Below are positions 36,955-46,023 of a DNA stretch of 64,000 bases, one piece after another. Where the stretch lies: the IMG/VR virus record IMGVR_UViG_3300045258_000102, positions 1-64,000 of that record. One strand, 5' to 3'. Made by a program: the position numbers and the translations under genes. How positions within the stretch are numbered: the stretch's first letter is position 1; each line of letters begins with the position of its first letter. A model generated the notes under the pieces. It was not told the DNA's origin. It saw only the letters and a list, made by a program, of their open reading frames with translations, and searched no databases. Origin of the DNA: a virus.

Positions 36955-37193
36955 CCTGCGACCATTGCGGCGTCCGCATCGAACCAGCCGACAAATTCAG
37001 CTACCGCGGCCGCGAGTTGTGCATTCGCTGCGTGAAGCAAATCAGCAACGCGGATTTAGGGTACGTCGATACGCCGAAGTATCGGAAACACGCCGGCAGC
37101 TGCTCGAGCGCTGCCAAGATGATTGCGAGAAGCCAACGGGCATTTATTGAGGGGCGAGATTGTTTGCCCGGCCAAACCGACCTTTTTTCATAG
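36948..37193 (+). CDS. Early Zn-finger protein
   Basis: SD GGAGG; CDHC...CIRC. Confidence 0.6.
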   Translation: MLACDHCGVRIEPADKFSYRGRELCIRCVKQISNADLGYVDTPKYRKHAGSCSSAAKMIARSQRAFIEGRDCLPGQTDLFS

Positions 37194-37204
37194 GGGAATT
37201 AGCG

Positions 37205-37399
37205 ATGTTATCGAGGATTGAAAAACTAGTTGAAGCGGTTTGCGACGTCATCAACGACGACAACGACGGGATGAGCGCCAATGAACGAGCGGCCGAAGTG
37301 ATCGCGACATTTAATGGCCGTGGCTACGACAACGAGCTAGGCGAGTTCCTTGCGTGGTTCACGACGGACGATGACGGCCAAGTGATCGTCGATGAGTAA
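37205..37399 (+). CDS. Small acidic early protein
   Basis: Very D/E-rich, 64 aa. Confidence 0.6.
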   Translation: MLSRIEKLVEAVCDVINDDNDGMSANERAAEVIATFNGRGYDNELGEFLAWFTTDDDGQVIVDE

Positions 37400-37474
37400 C
37401 CGGCCCCGATTAACCGGGCTGGACCGCCAACAGCCCGAGCGTCGCGGCCGATTACCAACAACCACCCCGAGGAA

Positions 37475-37640
37475 ATGACGATGACAACGCAACACACTCC
37501 TGGACCGTGGAGCATAAACAACTGGCAACAGCGAGACGCGGAAATTCGCATCGGCGCGGCCGGAACACCGCTTATAGCTACTGTGCAACTTGAGCATGTT
37601 TCTATTAACGAACAGCGCGACAACGCCCACAAAAGGACGA
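37475..37640 (+). pseudogene. Truncated HTPGPW-family phage gene remnant
   Basis: Begins HTPGPW but breaks off at ...DNAH, where this family normally continues ARLIAAAP; then runs into the next gene's RBS. Confidence 0.4.
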
Positions 37641-37646
37641 AACCAG

Positions 37647-37991
37647 ATGAACGCCACCCAGGCCAGAATGACCATCGACGAAGCGATCACCGAATACGTG
37701 GCCAAGCTGACGCGGGCCGCGGTCGACCACTACAGCCGCGAATATGCGGCCCATTTCGCCAACGTCGACGTGTTCTATGAAATTGGACCCGGCAAGGTGT
37801 ATAACCGGATCGCGCGCTGCGAGCGCATTCGCAAGACTGGGGAGATTATCACGCGGAGCGCCCATGCGTTTGTTAAACGCGAGGATGGCACGATCTGGAA
37901 GCCGGCCGGCTGGAAGGGACCGGCGAAGAACTTCGCCCGCGGCAATGTGTACGAGCTGGCCGACGAAATCCGCTTTACGCACGGCCTATAG
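37647..37991 (+). CDS. Conserved phage hypothetical protein (SAHAFV...GTIWKPAGWKGPAK...RGN)
   Basis: Recognisable phage motif; SD AAAGGA. Confidence 0.75.
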   Translation: MNATQARMTIDEAITEYVAKLTRAAVDHYSREYAAHFANVDVFYEIGPGKVYNRIARCERIRKTGEIITRSAHAFVKREDGTIWKPAGWKGPAKNFARGNVYELADEIRFTHGL

Positions 37992-38074
37992 CTGACCCGT
38001 CGCCACCCGCAGGACATCGACTGCGGGACACGACGCGCCAGCAATTCGCCGGCCTCAACACGAAAGGGAGAGCG

Positions 38075-38257
38075 ATGAACACAGCACCAGCGAAGATAGC
38101 AAAACCCCCATATTCGCGCGACGGAAAACTACAGCTTTGCAGCAAGTGCAACAAGTATTGCAGTCGGACTCTAAATCTCTGTCCGCATTGTCCCCAGCCA
38201 GAATTCCAGCGACAGCCGGACGGCACTTGGCAAGCGCCACCGCGCAACGGAGTCTGA
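38075..38257 (+). CDS. Small Zn-ribbon protein
   Basis: CSKC...CPHC; SD GGGAG. Confidence 0.55.
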   Translation: MNTAPAKIAKPPYSRDGKLQLCSKCNKYCSRTLNLCPHCPQPEFQRQPDGTWQAPPRNGV

Positions 38258-38298
38258 CACAGCGCACGCCAGCCGGCGAATTTTTGGAGGATCGAACG

Positions 38299-38502
38299 AT
38301 GGCAAGTGAAACGAAATGCGAACATAACCCGCACCGCGTGACTGCCGACATCCTTGAGGGCGAGAACCCACGATACCACGTTCAGTGGTGCCAAGTCTGC
38401 GGCGCGTGGCGATTTGCTTTCAGGGACGCGGATGGCGAAGCGTTTAACCACAGCGATTGGCGTGAGCCAGAGCGGCGAGCAGTCGCGAGGTCGGAGTCAT
38501 GA
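38299..38502 (+). CDS. Small Zn-binding early protein
   Basis: SD GGAGG; CEH...WCQVCGA. Confidence 0.6.
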   Translation: MASETKCEHNPHRVTADILEGENPRYHVQWCQVCGAWRFAFRDADGEAFNHSDWREPERRAVARSES

Positions 38503-38666
38503 CTAGACCACCGTGGGGCCACGTCTCTCGGCATTGCATCTACTGCGGAGGCGTAGGTCCGCGAACTATCGTTGCGTTCGGATGGGCGCACAAGTATTGC
38601 ATTCCTAAAGAAGAAAAGTCCCTTCGACGCATCAAGCGTCCGGAAACCACCAAGGAGAAAAAATGA
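38499..38666 (+). CDS. 55-aa Zn-binding protein (below the ORF-track cutoff)
   Basis: MTRPPWGHVSRHCIYCGG...HKYC; ATGA-coupled at both ends. Confidence 0.55.
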   Translation: MTRPPWGHVSRHCIYCGGVGPRTIVAFGWAHKYCIPKEEKSLRRIKRPETTKEKK

Positions 38667-38878
38667 TGGACGGCACATGCAAGGTTTGCGGTAACGAGGA
38701 TTTGTACTCGGCGGTCACTGGCGACGGCGTTTGCGCGATCTGCACAATGAAATTCTTCGGCGGAATAAAGCCTAACCAGCAGTCAATTGCGAGCGTGCGC
38801 GCGAAACTAGGCGTAGCTGACGGCGAGTTTTTCAAGCAGGATTGCGGCGCAGAAGCGCGGAGGATTCTTGGACGATGA
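38663..38878 (+). CDS. Small Zn-finger protein
   Basis: CKVC...CAIC; SD AAGGAG. Confidence 0.6.
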   Translation: MMDGTCKVCGNEDLYSAVTGDGVCAICTMKFFGGIKPNQQSIASVRAKLGVADGEFFKQDCGAEARRILGR

Positions 38879-39099
38879 TTAAATCATGTGACGGCTGTAA
38901 ATTCTGGTCAGAGTTGATAGCGCGTGCGATCGGCGGCGGGCCGCTGCAAGCCATCTGCCTCAGCCACGAATCCGGGCACTACGGCGCCTATGTACATCGC
39001 GGCTGCGAGTCATTCAGTGCGGGCCGAGCGATTGACGATCCATCACCAACCGCTGACGAAATCAACCGATGGGCTGCCCCATCAATGGAGGACGAATAA
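38875..39099 (+). CDS. Small Cys-rich protein
   Basis: CDGCKFW...C...CESF; ATGA-coupled. Confidence 0.6.
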   Translation: MIKSCDGCKFWSELIARAIGGGPLQAICLSHESGHYGAYVHRGCESFSAGRAIDDPSPTADEINRWAAPSMEDE

Positions 39100-39100
39100 C

Positions 39101-39343
39101 ATGCCTGGACCAATGAGCGATAGCTACGATCCTGAGTTTAGCACCGGTGAAAATTGTGCGGAAATCTGCGAAGCGCTGGACGCCGTTTATCAGCGCGTGT
39201 GCGTGGTGCTCAAGCAGTCGGAACCGATCTATATTCTCGATTTGGTGCGCACGCCATTTCCCAAAAAGATATCCGCCTTGCTCACAGAGAAGCAGTGGCG
39301 GTTGATCCGCTTCGCGTTGGAACGGGCCAAGGATTCGATTTAA
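39101..39343 (+). CDS. Hypothetical protein
   Basis: SD GGAGG; starts MPGPMSDSY. Confidence 0.6.
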   Translation: MPGPMSDSYDPEFSTGENCAEICEALDAVYQRVCVVLKQSEPIYILDLVRTPFPKKISALLTEKQWRLIRFALERAKDSI

Positions 39344-39357
39344 CGGAGCATCCAACT

Positions 39358-39576
39358 ATGAAGCGTAAACCCCTCTCCACCACCCTCGTCGAGCTGCGCA
39401 CCAAGCACGGCCTAACCCAAGCCGAGCTGGCCGAGCGAAGCGGGGTGACGAAAAGAACCATTGAGGACGTGGAGCAAGGGCGCAGCGAAGACCCAAAGTG
39501 TGCCACGCTCGCAGCATTGGCCACGGCACTCGGAATCACGATGCAAGAATTGTGGTTCGGCACTCGCAGGAAGTAG
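39358..39576 (+). CDS. XRE/Cro-C1 helix-turn-helix regulator
   Basis: LRTKHGLTQAELAERSGVTKRTIEDVEQG. Confidence 0.9.
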   Translation: MKRKPLSTTLVELRTKHGLTQAELAERSGVTKRTIEDVEQGRSEDPKCATLAALATALGITMQELWFGTRRK

Positions 39577-39659
39577 TGTCTTTTGCTAGAATGCGAGCGG
39601 CCAGAGGTGTTCAGACCACTGGCCGCTCTAACCACCGCAACCCTAGCAAGAGGGCTCCA

Positions 39660-40280
39660 ATGGCTGAGGCCAATTCTATTGAGCGCGTGCCGGAACCGGA
39701 AGCCGAGGAATGGCGAGACATTCCAGGCTATGAAGGCTATCAAGCAAGCAGCATCGGCCGCGTGCGATCAAATTTCCTGCTAGGCGGCCACGGACGGCGC
39801 GGAGCGTGGCGCGTCAGAAAGTTGTGTAAAATGTCGAGCGGCTACCCAAGCCTTTCCGTTGTCGTCGGTGGGACGCGATCGTCGCCGGCCGTCCATTGGT
39901 TGGTTGCGGCGGCTTTTTTGGGGCCTCGGCCGGCTGGATTTGAGATCAACCACATCGATGGCGTGAAGAGCAATAATCGCGTTGGAAACCTAGAGTACGT
40001 GACGGTTTCAGAAAACAAGAGGCACGCCATACGGCTCGGACTGATGCCGGGACCTCCACATTATTTCGGCGAGAAGCATCACAACGCGAAGCTCACGCAG
40101 ATTCAAGCCGACGAAATACGACGCATCCATGCGACTGGCCGGCATTTGCAAAAAACGATTGCCAAGAAGTTCGGCGTGAGTCCCTACGTCGTCAGCGATA
40201 TCGTGACCGGGAAGACCTACAAATCGATCGACGCCATTGAGCCCGAGGAAGCGAAGCAAGAAACCTTTGACGAGAACTAA
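39660..40280 (+). CDS. NUMOD4-HNH homing endonuclease with C-terminal HTH
   Basis: EEWRDIPGYEGYQASSIGRVRS; INHIDGVKSNNRVGNLEY. Confidence 0.9.
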   Translation: MAEANSIERVPEPEAEEWRDIPGYEGYQASSIGRVRSNFLLGGHGRRGAWRVRKLCKMSSGYPSLSVVVGGTRSSPAVHWLVAAAFLGPRPAGFEINHIDGVKSNNRVGNLEYVTVSENKRHAIRLGLMPGPPHYFGEKHHNAKLTQIQADEIRRIHATGRHLQKTIAKKFGVSPYVVSDIVTGKTYKSIDAIEPEEAKQETFDEN

Positions 40281-40281
40281 C

Positions 40282-41004
40282 GTGACCAAGGCAACGATCT
40301 ACTGCCGCTACAGCGACAGGCCGGGAGCCGACACGTGCGAATCAAACGCCGTGCAGCTGGCGGCGTGCCAAGCCTATTGTCAGGCTCGCGACTACGAAGT
40401 GCTGGCCGTCTTCGAGGACGCCGCGATCTCCGGGAAGAACGAAGATCGGCCGCTGCTCTGGCAAGCGGTAGAAACGCTGCGCAGGGGTTCGGTGCTCGTG
40501 GCGTACCGTGCCGATCGCCTAGCGAGGGGTGTGTATCTCTCCGAGGTGCTGCATCGCACAGTGGCCAAGAAGCGGGCCAAGATCGAAGTCTGCGAAGGAA
40601 GCAACAACGGAGACAGCGACCACGACGTGCTAGTAAGGCAGATTCTGGCGGCCGTGGCTGAGCTCGAACGCAAGGTGATTGCCGCAAGGACGAAAGCCGC
40701 GATGAAGCATTACCAGAAAAATGGATTGCTCATGGGGAGAGACCCACACTATGGGACCAAGCGCGGACCAGACAAGATCACCAAAAAGGCCGACGGCACG
40801 ACGCGCATCCAAAAGACCATCGTCGACAACCCCGCGGAGATGCTAGTAGTCGAGCGTGTGCTGGCCGCTCACGCCAGCGGACTCAATTCACGCCAGATTG
40901 CTCGCGCGCTCACTGAGGACTGCGTAGAGCCCCGTGGTAGGCGCTGGAATCATTCGGCGATCGTCCGCATTGTGAAGCGGTACGGCTCACCAGCCGACGG
41001 CTGA
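40282..41004 (+). CDS. Serine recombinase (resolvase catalytic domain + short recombinase domain)
   Basis: IYCRYS catalytic Ser, SG...RP, DRLAR, AELERKVIAARTK. Confidence 0.9.
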   Translation: MTKATIYCRYSDRPGADTCESNAVQLAACQAYCQARDYEVLAVFEDAAISGKNEDRPLLWQAVETLRRGSVLVAYRADRLARGVYLSEVLHRTVAKKRAKIEVCEGSNNGDSDHDVLVRQILAAVAELERKVIAARTKAAMKHYQKNGLLMGRDPHYGTKRGPDKITKKADGTTRIQKTIVDNPAEMLVVERVLAAHASGLNSRQIARALTEDCVEPRGRRWNHSAIVRIVKRYGSPADG

Positions 41005-41304
41005 GGGGTATTCCATCGGGTCGGGCGCAGGTTTGTCGATGAACGACCAGAGGCGCTCACGATCGGCGAAATAAAGTGGCGTGCCGTCGGGGACATTGGA
41101 GACGCCGCCCGAAAGAATGGCGCAGCCCTCGTATGAATCAGGTGGCGGGACTGGAACGTCGCCGCGGAGCACCAGCGAGTGGACGTCGCGAGGATGCAGC
41201 TTCACCTTCGGCCGACGTCGGACCCTGATCTCATCCCGCACCAGCAGCCAGCAGAGGGCCAGTGCGAAGGCACCGGCGATCACGAGGTAGGTCACGGTTC
41301 GCAT
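40987..41304 (-). CDS. Single-TM hypothetical protein
   Basis: SD GGGAG; N-terminal hydrophobic helix. Confidence 0.55.
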   Translation of the reverse strand: MRTVTYLVIAGAFALALCWLLVRDEIRVRRRPKVKLHPRDVHSLVLRGDVPVPPPDSYEGCAILSGGVSNVPDGTPLYFADRERLWSFIDKPAPDPMEYPSAVGW

Positions 41305-41317
41305 TTCAAAGACTCCC

Positions 41318-41842
41318 TTACGTTGGCCGGAGGTGCATCAACGCCGACATGACACCGATCGCGGCCAGCACGATCCCTGACATCACGCCGAGCACGGCGA
41401 TAATCAGGCCACGGCTCTCGGTAACGCCGGTCGTCTTCCCCTCGCCGGTGGTGATTCGAGATTTGACGTCGTCGATCTTCTCGTTCAGGCCATCGAGCTG
41501 CTTGGTAACTGCCTTCTCGCTCTTGTCGATCGCCAGCGCGCTGCTCTTGTTTTGTTCGGCGTTGGCTTCCTTGACGGCTTGCAGTGCGTCCTCGACCGCC
41601 TTCTCGCTGTTGTCGAATCGCTTGTCCGTGCTGCGAAAGCGTTCGTCGAAAATCTTCTCGAGGTTCTGTATGGCAAGGTCAACTGAGGCGTGGCGCAACT
41701 CGATGGCCTTGTCCATGCCATCCAAGCGGGCGAAGACGACGTCGCGAAGCGCGCCAACCGCCACTTTCAACTGCTCGGTGGCCAGGACCGTGGGGTCCGG
41801 CTTGACCACCGCCGCCGCAGATTCCCGACCGTCGCCCTCCAT
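41318..41842 (-). CDS. Coiled-coil protein with C-terminal TM (holin/XhlA-like)
   Basis: Long coiled coil followed by a TM helix. Confidence 0.65.
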   Translation of the reverse strand: MEGDGRESAAAVVKPDPTVLATEQLKVAVGALRDVVFARLDGMDKAIELRHASVDLAIQNLEKIFDERFRSTDKRFDNSEKAVEDALQAVKEANAEQNKSSALAIDKSEKAVTKQLDGLNEKIDDVKSRITTGEGKTTGVTESRGLIIAVLGVMSGIVLAAIGVMSALMHLRPT

Positions 41843-41857
41843 CGGCCCACCCCCGGA

Positions 41858-42085
41858 TCAGTGAATGACGACGCCACCGCCGCGGTTCCAGCCGCCGAAG
41901 ACTGGGAAGCCGCCGCCCTGTAGCAACCCCAGAAACACGAGCAGCAGAATGAGTCCGATGATCAACCAAACAATCTGCTTGATCGGATCAGGGATCGGAA
42001 GTTGCGCCATGATCAAACGCACCACCCAAATCACAATCAAAAGAACGACGCAGCCGATTAAAAACGCGATAAGCCACGAGATCAT
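41858..42085 (-). CDS. Small two-TM membrane protein (holin-like)
   Basis: Two TM helices separated by LPIPDPIK. Confidence 0.7.
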   Translation of the reverse strand: MISWLIAFLIGCVVLLIVIWVVRLIMAQLPIPDPIKQIVWLIIGLILLLVFLGLLQGGGFPVFGGWNRGGGVVIH

Positions 42086-42114
42086 TGTTCTACCCTCTGT
42101 TTGTTTGAGCGGTT

Positions 42115-42591
42115 CTATCTGGGCGCCGGCGCTTCAGGCGCGGCAGCTGGGAAAACAACCGGCTGCACCGGCTGAATCGCTTTGTTTTCGTTAATCTTCT
42201 CGAGCGTGGTCGCGATCGAGCGCAGCAGGTCGTTGTTCTCGGTCTTCTTCTCAGCCACGGCCTGCAGCTCGTGCGTGTTCTGATCGAGCGACCGGACTAA
42301 GACATCGTGCTGCTGAGACACGTCGTGGAGCGCCAGTGTGTTCGCCTGGACGACGTCGGTCAACTTTTCTCGAACGAACCTCTCGCCTTCGGCCACGCGG
42401 GTATCCAGCTTGTTGAACTGCAGCGTGCCGACGTAGATGAAGAAGATGGCAATGCCTGCGAACAGACCCCAGCGCTTCGCAACTTCCAGTAGCATGGCGG
42501 CCTGATGCTCCTTCGTGCTGACGATGTCCGAGAGGATGCCGCCGCGACCAGATGTTTCCTCGGTAACATTTAGTTTTGATTTGGTCGTCAT
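42115..42591 (-). CDS. TM + coiled-coil protein (holin/spanin-like)
   Basis: Start MTTKSK overlaps the upstream stop; RWGLFAGIAIFFIYVG. Confidence 0.6.
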   Translation of the reverse strand: MTTKSKLNVTEETSGRGGILSDIVSTKEHQAAMLLEVAKRWGLFAGIAIFFIYVGTLQFNKLDTRVAEGERFVREKLTDVVQANTLALHDVSQQHDVLVRSLDQNTHELQAVAEKKTENNDLLRSIATTLEKINENKAIQPVQPVVFPAAAPEAPAPR

Positions 42592-42920
42592 TCGCCGTAC
42601 CCTCCATCCTCCATCGGCTTCTGCGGCGGATGCTTGCTGGCGGTGATCGCCTTCGCGGATGCCAACTTGTCTTCCATGCCGGCGACAATTGCGCGAGCTT
42701 CCCGAACGCCTGGGCCCGGATGCCCGTCGCCACGCTCGAGCTGATCGCGGAGCTTCACCATGTCGTCTTGCAGATCGCTCAGCTTCTTGTCGACTCTGCT
42801 GCGCTGGTCGATGTACCAACGGGTCACGTGGTACGCGGTCGCGAACAGCCCGAGGACTGCGATGATCCACGCGGGCACAGAATCCACCCAAGTACCTAAG
42901 ATCCGGAACGGGCTAGCCAT
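42588..42920 (-). CDS. TM + coiled-coil protein (holin-like)
   Basis: PAWIIAVLGLFATAY followed by a coiled coil. Confidence 0.6.
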   Translation of the reverse strand: MASPFRILGTWVDSVPAWIIAVLGLFATAYHVTRWYIDQRSRVDKKLSDLQDDMVKLRDQLERGDGHPGPGVREARAIVAGMEDKLASAKAITASKHPPQKPMEDGGYGE

Positions 42921-43119
42921 TGTGCGGTTCATATCGTTCAAGTCGGCGATCAATGAGTCGCTCGAGATTCTCTACGGCGTGGCCTTCGCTGAAACCCTCG
43001 GCGCTAAGTGCGTCGAGGCTGAAATAATCGTTCTCCTGAGAGGCTGTCGCGACAACTGGCATGGCTACGTCGTGCTGCGGCCTGACTTCGATGTTGTAGC
43101 CGCGATAAGGTATCCCCAC
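42913..43119 (-). CDS. Hypothetical protein
   Basis: GTG start, YRGYNIEV pattern. Confidence 0.5.
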   Translation of the reverse strand: MGIPYRGYNIEVRPQHDVAMPVVATASQENDYFSLDALSAEGFSEGHAVENLERLIDRRLERYEPHNG

Positions 43120-43136
43120 GGTCCGCCCCCAACAGG

Positions 43137-43179
43137 CCGGCCGACGTGCTGAGCAGGCGATACGCAACACGTCGACCGG
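43137..43179 (-). other. 15-bp RNA hairpin in an intergenic gap
   Basis: CCGGTCGACGTGTTG / CAGCACGTCGGCCGG with two G-U pairs on the minus strand. Confidence 0.55.
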
Positions 43180-43201
43180 ATTCGGTTGGCTCAGGGAGTG
43201 T

Positions 43202-43798
43202 CTACTGCTCGGTCACAGGGCCGGCCGAAATCTCGATGGTCGCCGCTGCTCCGGCCGTAACGTCCACCTCCTCGCTGCCGGCGAAGTCGACACCGCCGAT
43301 TGTGGCCTTGACGGAGACCATCGCGGCACCGATCGGGGCAACGGCCGAAACTTCGCAGTTCATGCCGTCAGCCGTGACGGCCAGCGCGATCATCTCGGTG
43401 TTGTCGGCAAACCATTCCGGCGGTGCATCCGGCGTGGCTGTCGTGGGTTGGCCCTTGGCGTCCTTGAACGCGAGGGACAGGGTAACTTTTTGCGAGTCGG
43501 TGATTGTGATGACGCCCATGATTTCTCCTTGAAATGAGGATTGGTACTGAGGTGTTAAAGTGACGGGTGATTTCAATTGACTGATCGGTCCAGCGCGGAA
43601 GTAAATGCCGAGCTCGTCCGTGTTGCCGCAAGACTCTTCGATCTTGGCAATGACCGCGGCTTGGTTCTTGCCGGCCTGTTCGCCAAGATCGGTGATTCCT
43701 TGAGCCGTCTTAGTCGACGACGCGTTGACCGCCTTCGTCAGCTGGTTGACCGCCTTCAGGATGTCCGAGTTGGAAACAAGCATGTTGAAGAGTCCCAT
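43202..43798 (-). CDS. Coiled-coil + Ig-like domain protein with an internal in-frame start at 43519
   Basis: SD AAGGAG precedes MGVITITDSQKV; the C-terminal half is Ig-like. Confidence 0.6.
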   Translation of the reverse strand: MGLFNMLVSNSDILKAVNQLTKAVNASSTKTAQGITDLGEQAGKNQAAVIAKIEESCGNTDELGIYFRAGPISQLKSPVTLTPQYQSSFQGEIMGVITITDSQKVTLSLAFKDAKGQPTTATPDAPPEWFADNTEMIALAVTADGMNCEVSAVAPIGAAMVSVKATIGGVDFAGSEEVDVTAGAAATIEISAGPVTEQ

Positions 43799-43820
43799 AG
43801 TTACTGAAAGTTTTGAGGGA

Positions 43821-44636
43821 TTACTTGCCGGCCGGTCGCTTATCGAGGCCCTTTTCCTTGAGCAGCGCCGCCACGTCGTCTACGTGGAGACAATCGCACA
43901 TGCAGGCTCCTGTCCGTGCCTCTTGGATCGGTGCGATGACGCCGTTGCAGTAGTCATTGCCAGGTGCTGCGCTGTGAAGCACGCCGGCTGCTGTGATTTG
44001 TCCGTCGTTGCCAAGTTGCACGATCTTGTCGCCGTTCTTAGCTTCACGGCCGTTTCGGTAGTGCATGTTCTTGTTCCTTGTGGTTGTCGTAAGAAGGCCG
44101 CCGCGTCCGCTCGTGACAGTCGCGACGGCCGGGGGAGGAGAGTTAAAGTTCAGTCTTGCAAATTCTCCATGAAGCTCCTTTGCTGCCAGGTCGTAGGCAG
44201 CGCCTGCCTCTTCGGCGGAGTCGAAATATCCAATGCACCTACGCGTGCCATTGGCACCGATTCGGGCCGCCCATTTTTTCTGATACTTGTGGTAGTCGAC
44301 TCCCCTAAATCCAGACGTGTTTTTGTTGCAAAGTCTCGAGTTTTGCCGATTCTCTGAGTAGGTTGCGCGGCGTAGATTGTTGAGCCTGTTATCCAGGCCA
44401 GATCCGTTTTTGTGGTCGGTGTTCTTGCTCGGTTCAATACCAGCCAGCTTGAGAATCTCCCTGTGCATCCTAACGGTCCCTCGTCGACCGTTTTGCGTCC
44501 TGAGGTTTCGGGTTGCGTAGTACACGTACCCATTCCGCTGGCGAGTCGCGTACCATTTGTATTTATTTAATTCCTCGTAAAATTCGTCATCGACGATGGC
44601 CTGCTTGCCCTGTGTCAATTCGATATACTTTGTCAC
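43821..44636 (-). CDS. HNH-AP2 homing endonuclease fused in frame to a small phage protein (own start at 44066)
   Basis: DHKNGSGLDNRLNNLR; SGFRGV...AYDLAAKELHGEFARLNF; then MHYRNGREAKNGDK with upstream AGGA. Confidence 0.85.
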   Translation of the reverse strand: MTKYIELTQGKQAIVDDEFYEELNKYKWYATRQRNGYVYYATRNLRTQNGRRGTVRMHREILKLAGIEPSKNTDHKNGSGLDNRLNNLRRATYSENRQNSRLCNKNTSGFRGVDYHKYQKKWAARIGANGTRRCIGYFDSAEEAGAAYDLAAKELHGEFARLNFNSPPPAVATVTSGRGGLLTTTTRNKNMHYRNGREAKNGDKIVQLGNDGQITAAGVLHSAAPGNDYCNGVIAPIQEARTGACMCDCLHVDDVAALLKEKGLDKRPAGK

Positions 44637-44709
44637 GTTGAGTTCTCCTTTTTAGAACTTGACCACGGCCCCGGACGTTGCCACGTCGCGGGGCCATTTT
44701 CTTTCATCC

Positions 44710-45180
44710 TTATTGTCGCGAGGCGGCAACTGAGCCTGGATTCGGCTCGAGATCAGGGGCCAGTCGCCGCACGGTAACAATCGCCGGGTGACCGACATGC
44801 CTAGCCACTGGATCTGACGGCCGGTCGTTCTGGCTCGACTTCGGAGCCTCGCCAGCTGCGCATCCGCACGAAGGCTCGCTTTCAATCCCGCATGAGGGCT
44901 CAACTCCGCAGCTCGCTTCGCCACAACTAGCCTCGGACGACGCTGGATGCAGTCGAGCGCGAATCCTGGCGAGGATGCCTAAGCCGGCGCCACCGCGTGC
45001 CCCGCGGAAGCCGACCTGCCAATTTGGGTTGTACATCGGGCCACTAATGCCGCCGTGATCGACGCCGCAGCTGCCGCTCGAGCATTGGCCGCCCGAGCAG
45101 GCGATCGCAGGCGTTGTCACGAAGCAGCACACGGCGAGGAGCGCCACGGCCGCAAATAAGATGCACGAAAGTCTACACAT
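44710..45180 (-). CDS. Exported Cys-rich protein with SCG/EPSCG repeats
   Basis: Signal peptide; CSGGQCSSGSC; SCGEASCGVEPSCGIESEPSCG. Confidence 0.7.
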   Translation of the reverse strand: MCRLSCILFAAVALLAVCCFVTTPAIACSGGQCSSGSCGVDHGGISGPMYNPNWQVGFRGARGGAGLGILARIRARLHPASSEASCGEASCGVEPSCGIESEPSCGCAAGEAPKSSQNDRPSDPVARHVGHPAIVTVRRLAPDLEPNPGSVAASRQ

Positions 45181-45195
45181 GAGAATCTCCTTTGT

Positions 45196-46023
45196 TCACA
45201 AGGACTTGAGGGTTGCGAGAAAATCGTTTGGATTGGCCGGTGGGCGAAAGCCTGGAACGCTGGATTTGCCCGGCTCAAAGACGAAGGCGACCGGGATCCG
45301 GCTCGCGCCAAACTGCCTGGCCGTCTGCGGGTACTGGTCGACATCGATCAGACAGAAAACCAGATTGTCGGCGATGTACTGCTTGAGCGTCGGATCGGCC
45401 AGCGTCTGGTTCTCGATTGGCTTGCACCAGCTGCACCACGTGGCCGTGAAGAGTAGCAGCACCTTACGCCCACTCATCTTCGCGGCAGCCGTGGCTGAAG
45501 CTAGGTCGTCGTACCGCTCGCGCAGCTGCGGCTCTGGTGGCTTCTCAGCGGCCTTGGTTTCGTAGCTGGCGAGCTGGGCTTTGAGTTCGACGTTCTCTTG
45601 TTTGACGATCTTGTAGGCCGCCGACAGCGAATTATCCATCAGTTCGAGCTGATTGTACTGAGCTTGGAGCTCGGCCAGCTGTTTCTTAATGTCGGCGTTT
45701 TGCTGCTTTAAGTCATCCATTTCCTTGGTATTGAAATCTATAGCCCCCAGCCGCAACCGCCACTCGGTACGGGCTTGCGTCGGTGCTCCCGCCGTCTCGG
45801 TCTGCTTGTTTCCCAGTGGGCCAACGTAGTCCCCGGGTCCCCAGCCGCCGTCCGGACTCCATGCGTGTGTTGGCGCGTAAGTATGCTCGCCGGCCGGCGC
45901 TGCTGGTTGGTCGACGACTTGGTCACCAACGAGCGGCACGGGAGCCAGCGGCAGCGGGAACAGCAGGTGCGCGGCGACGAATGCGATGCAGGCAGCCAGG
46001 GCGGTGTTGAGCGCGAGTTTCAT
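45196..46023 (-). CDS. Exported coiled-coil + thioredoxin-fold protein
   Basis: N-terminal signal/TM; LLLFTATWCSWCK; RIP cis-Pro loop. Confidence 0.85.
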   Translation of the reverse strand: MKLALNTALAACIAFVAAHLLFPLPLAPVPLVGDQVVDQPAAPAGEHTYAPTHAWSPDGGWGPGDYVGPLGNKQTETAGAPTQARTEWRLRLGAIDFNTKEMDDLKQQNADIKKQLAELQAQYNQLELMDNSLSAAYKIVKQENVELKAQLASYETKAAEKPPEPQLRERYDDLASATAAAKMSGRKVLLLFTATWCSWCKPIENQTLADPTLKQYIADNLVFCLIDVDQYPQTARQFGASRIPVAFVFEPGKSSVPGFRPPANPNDFLATLKSL

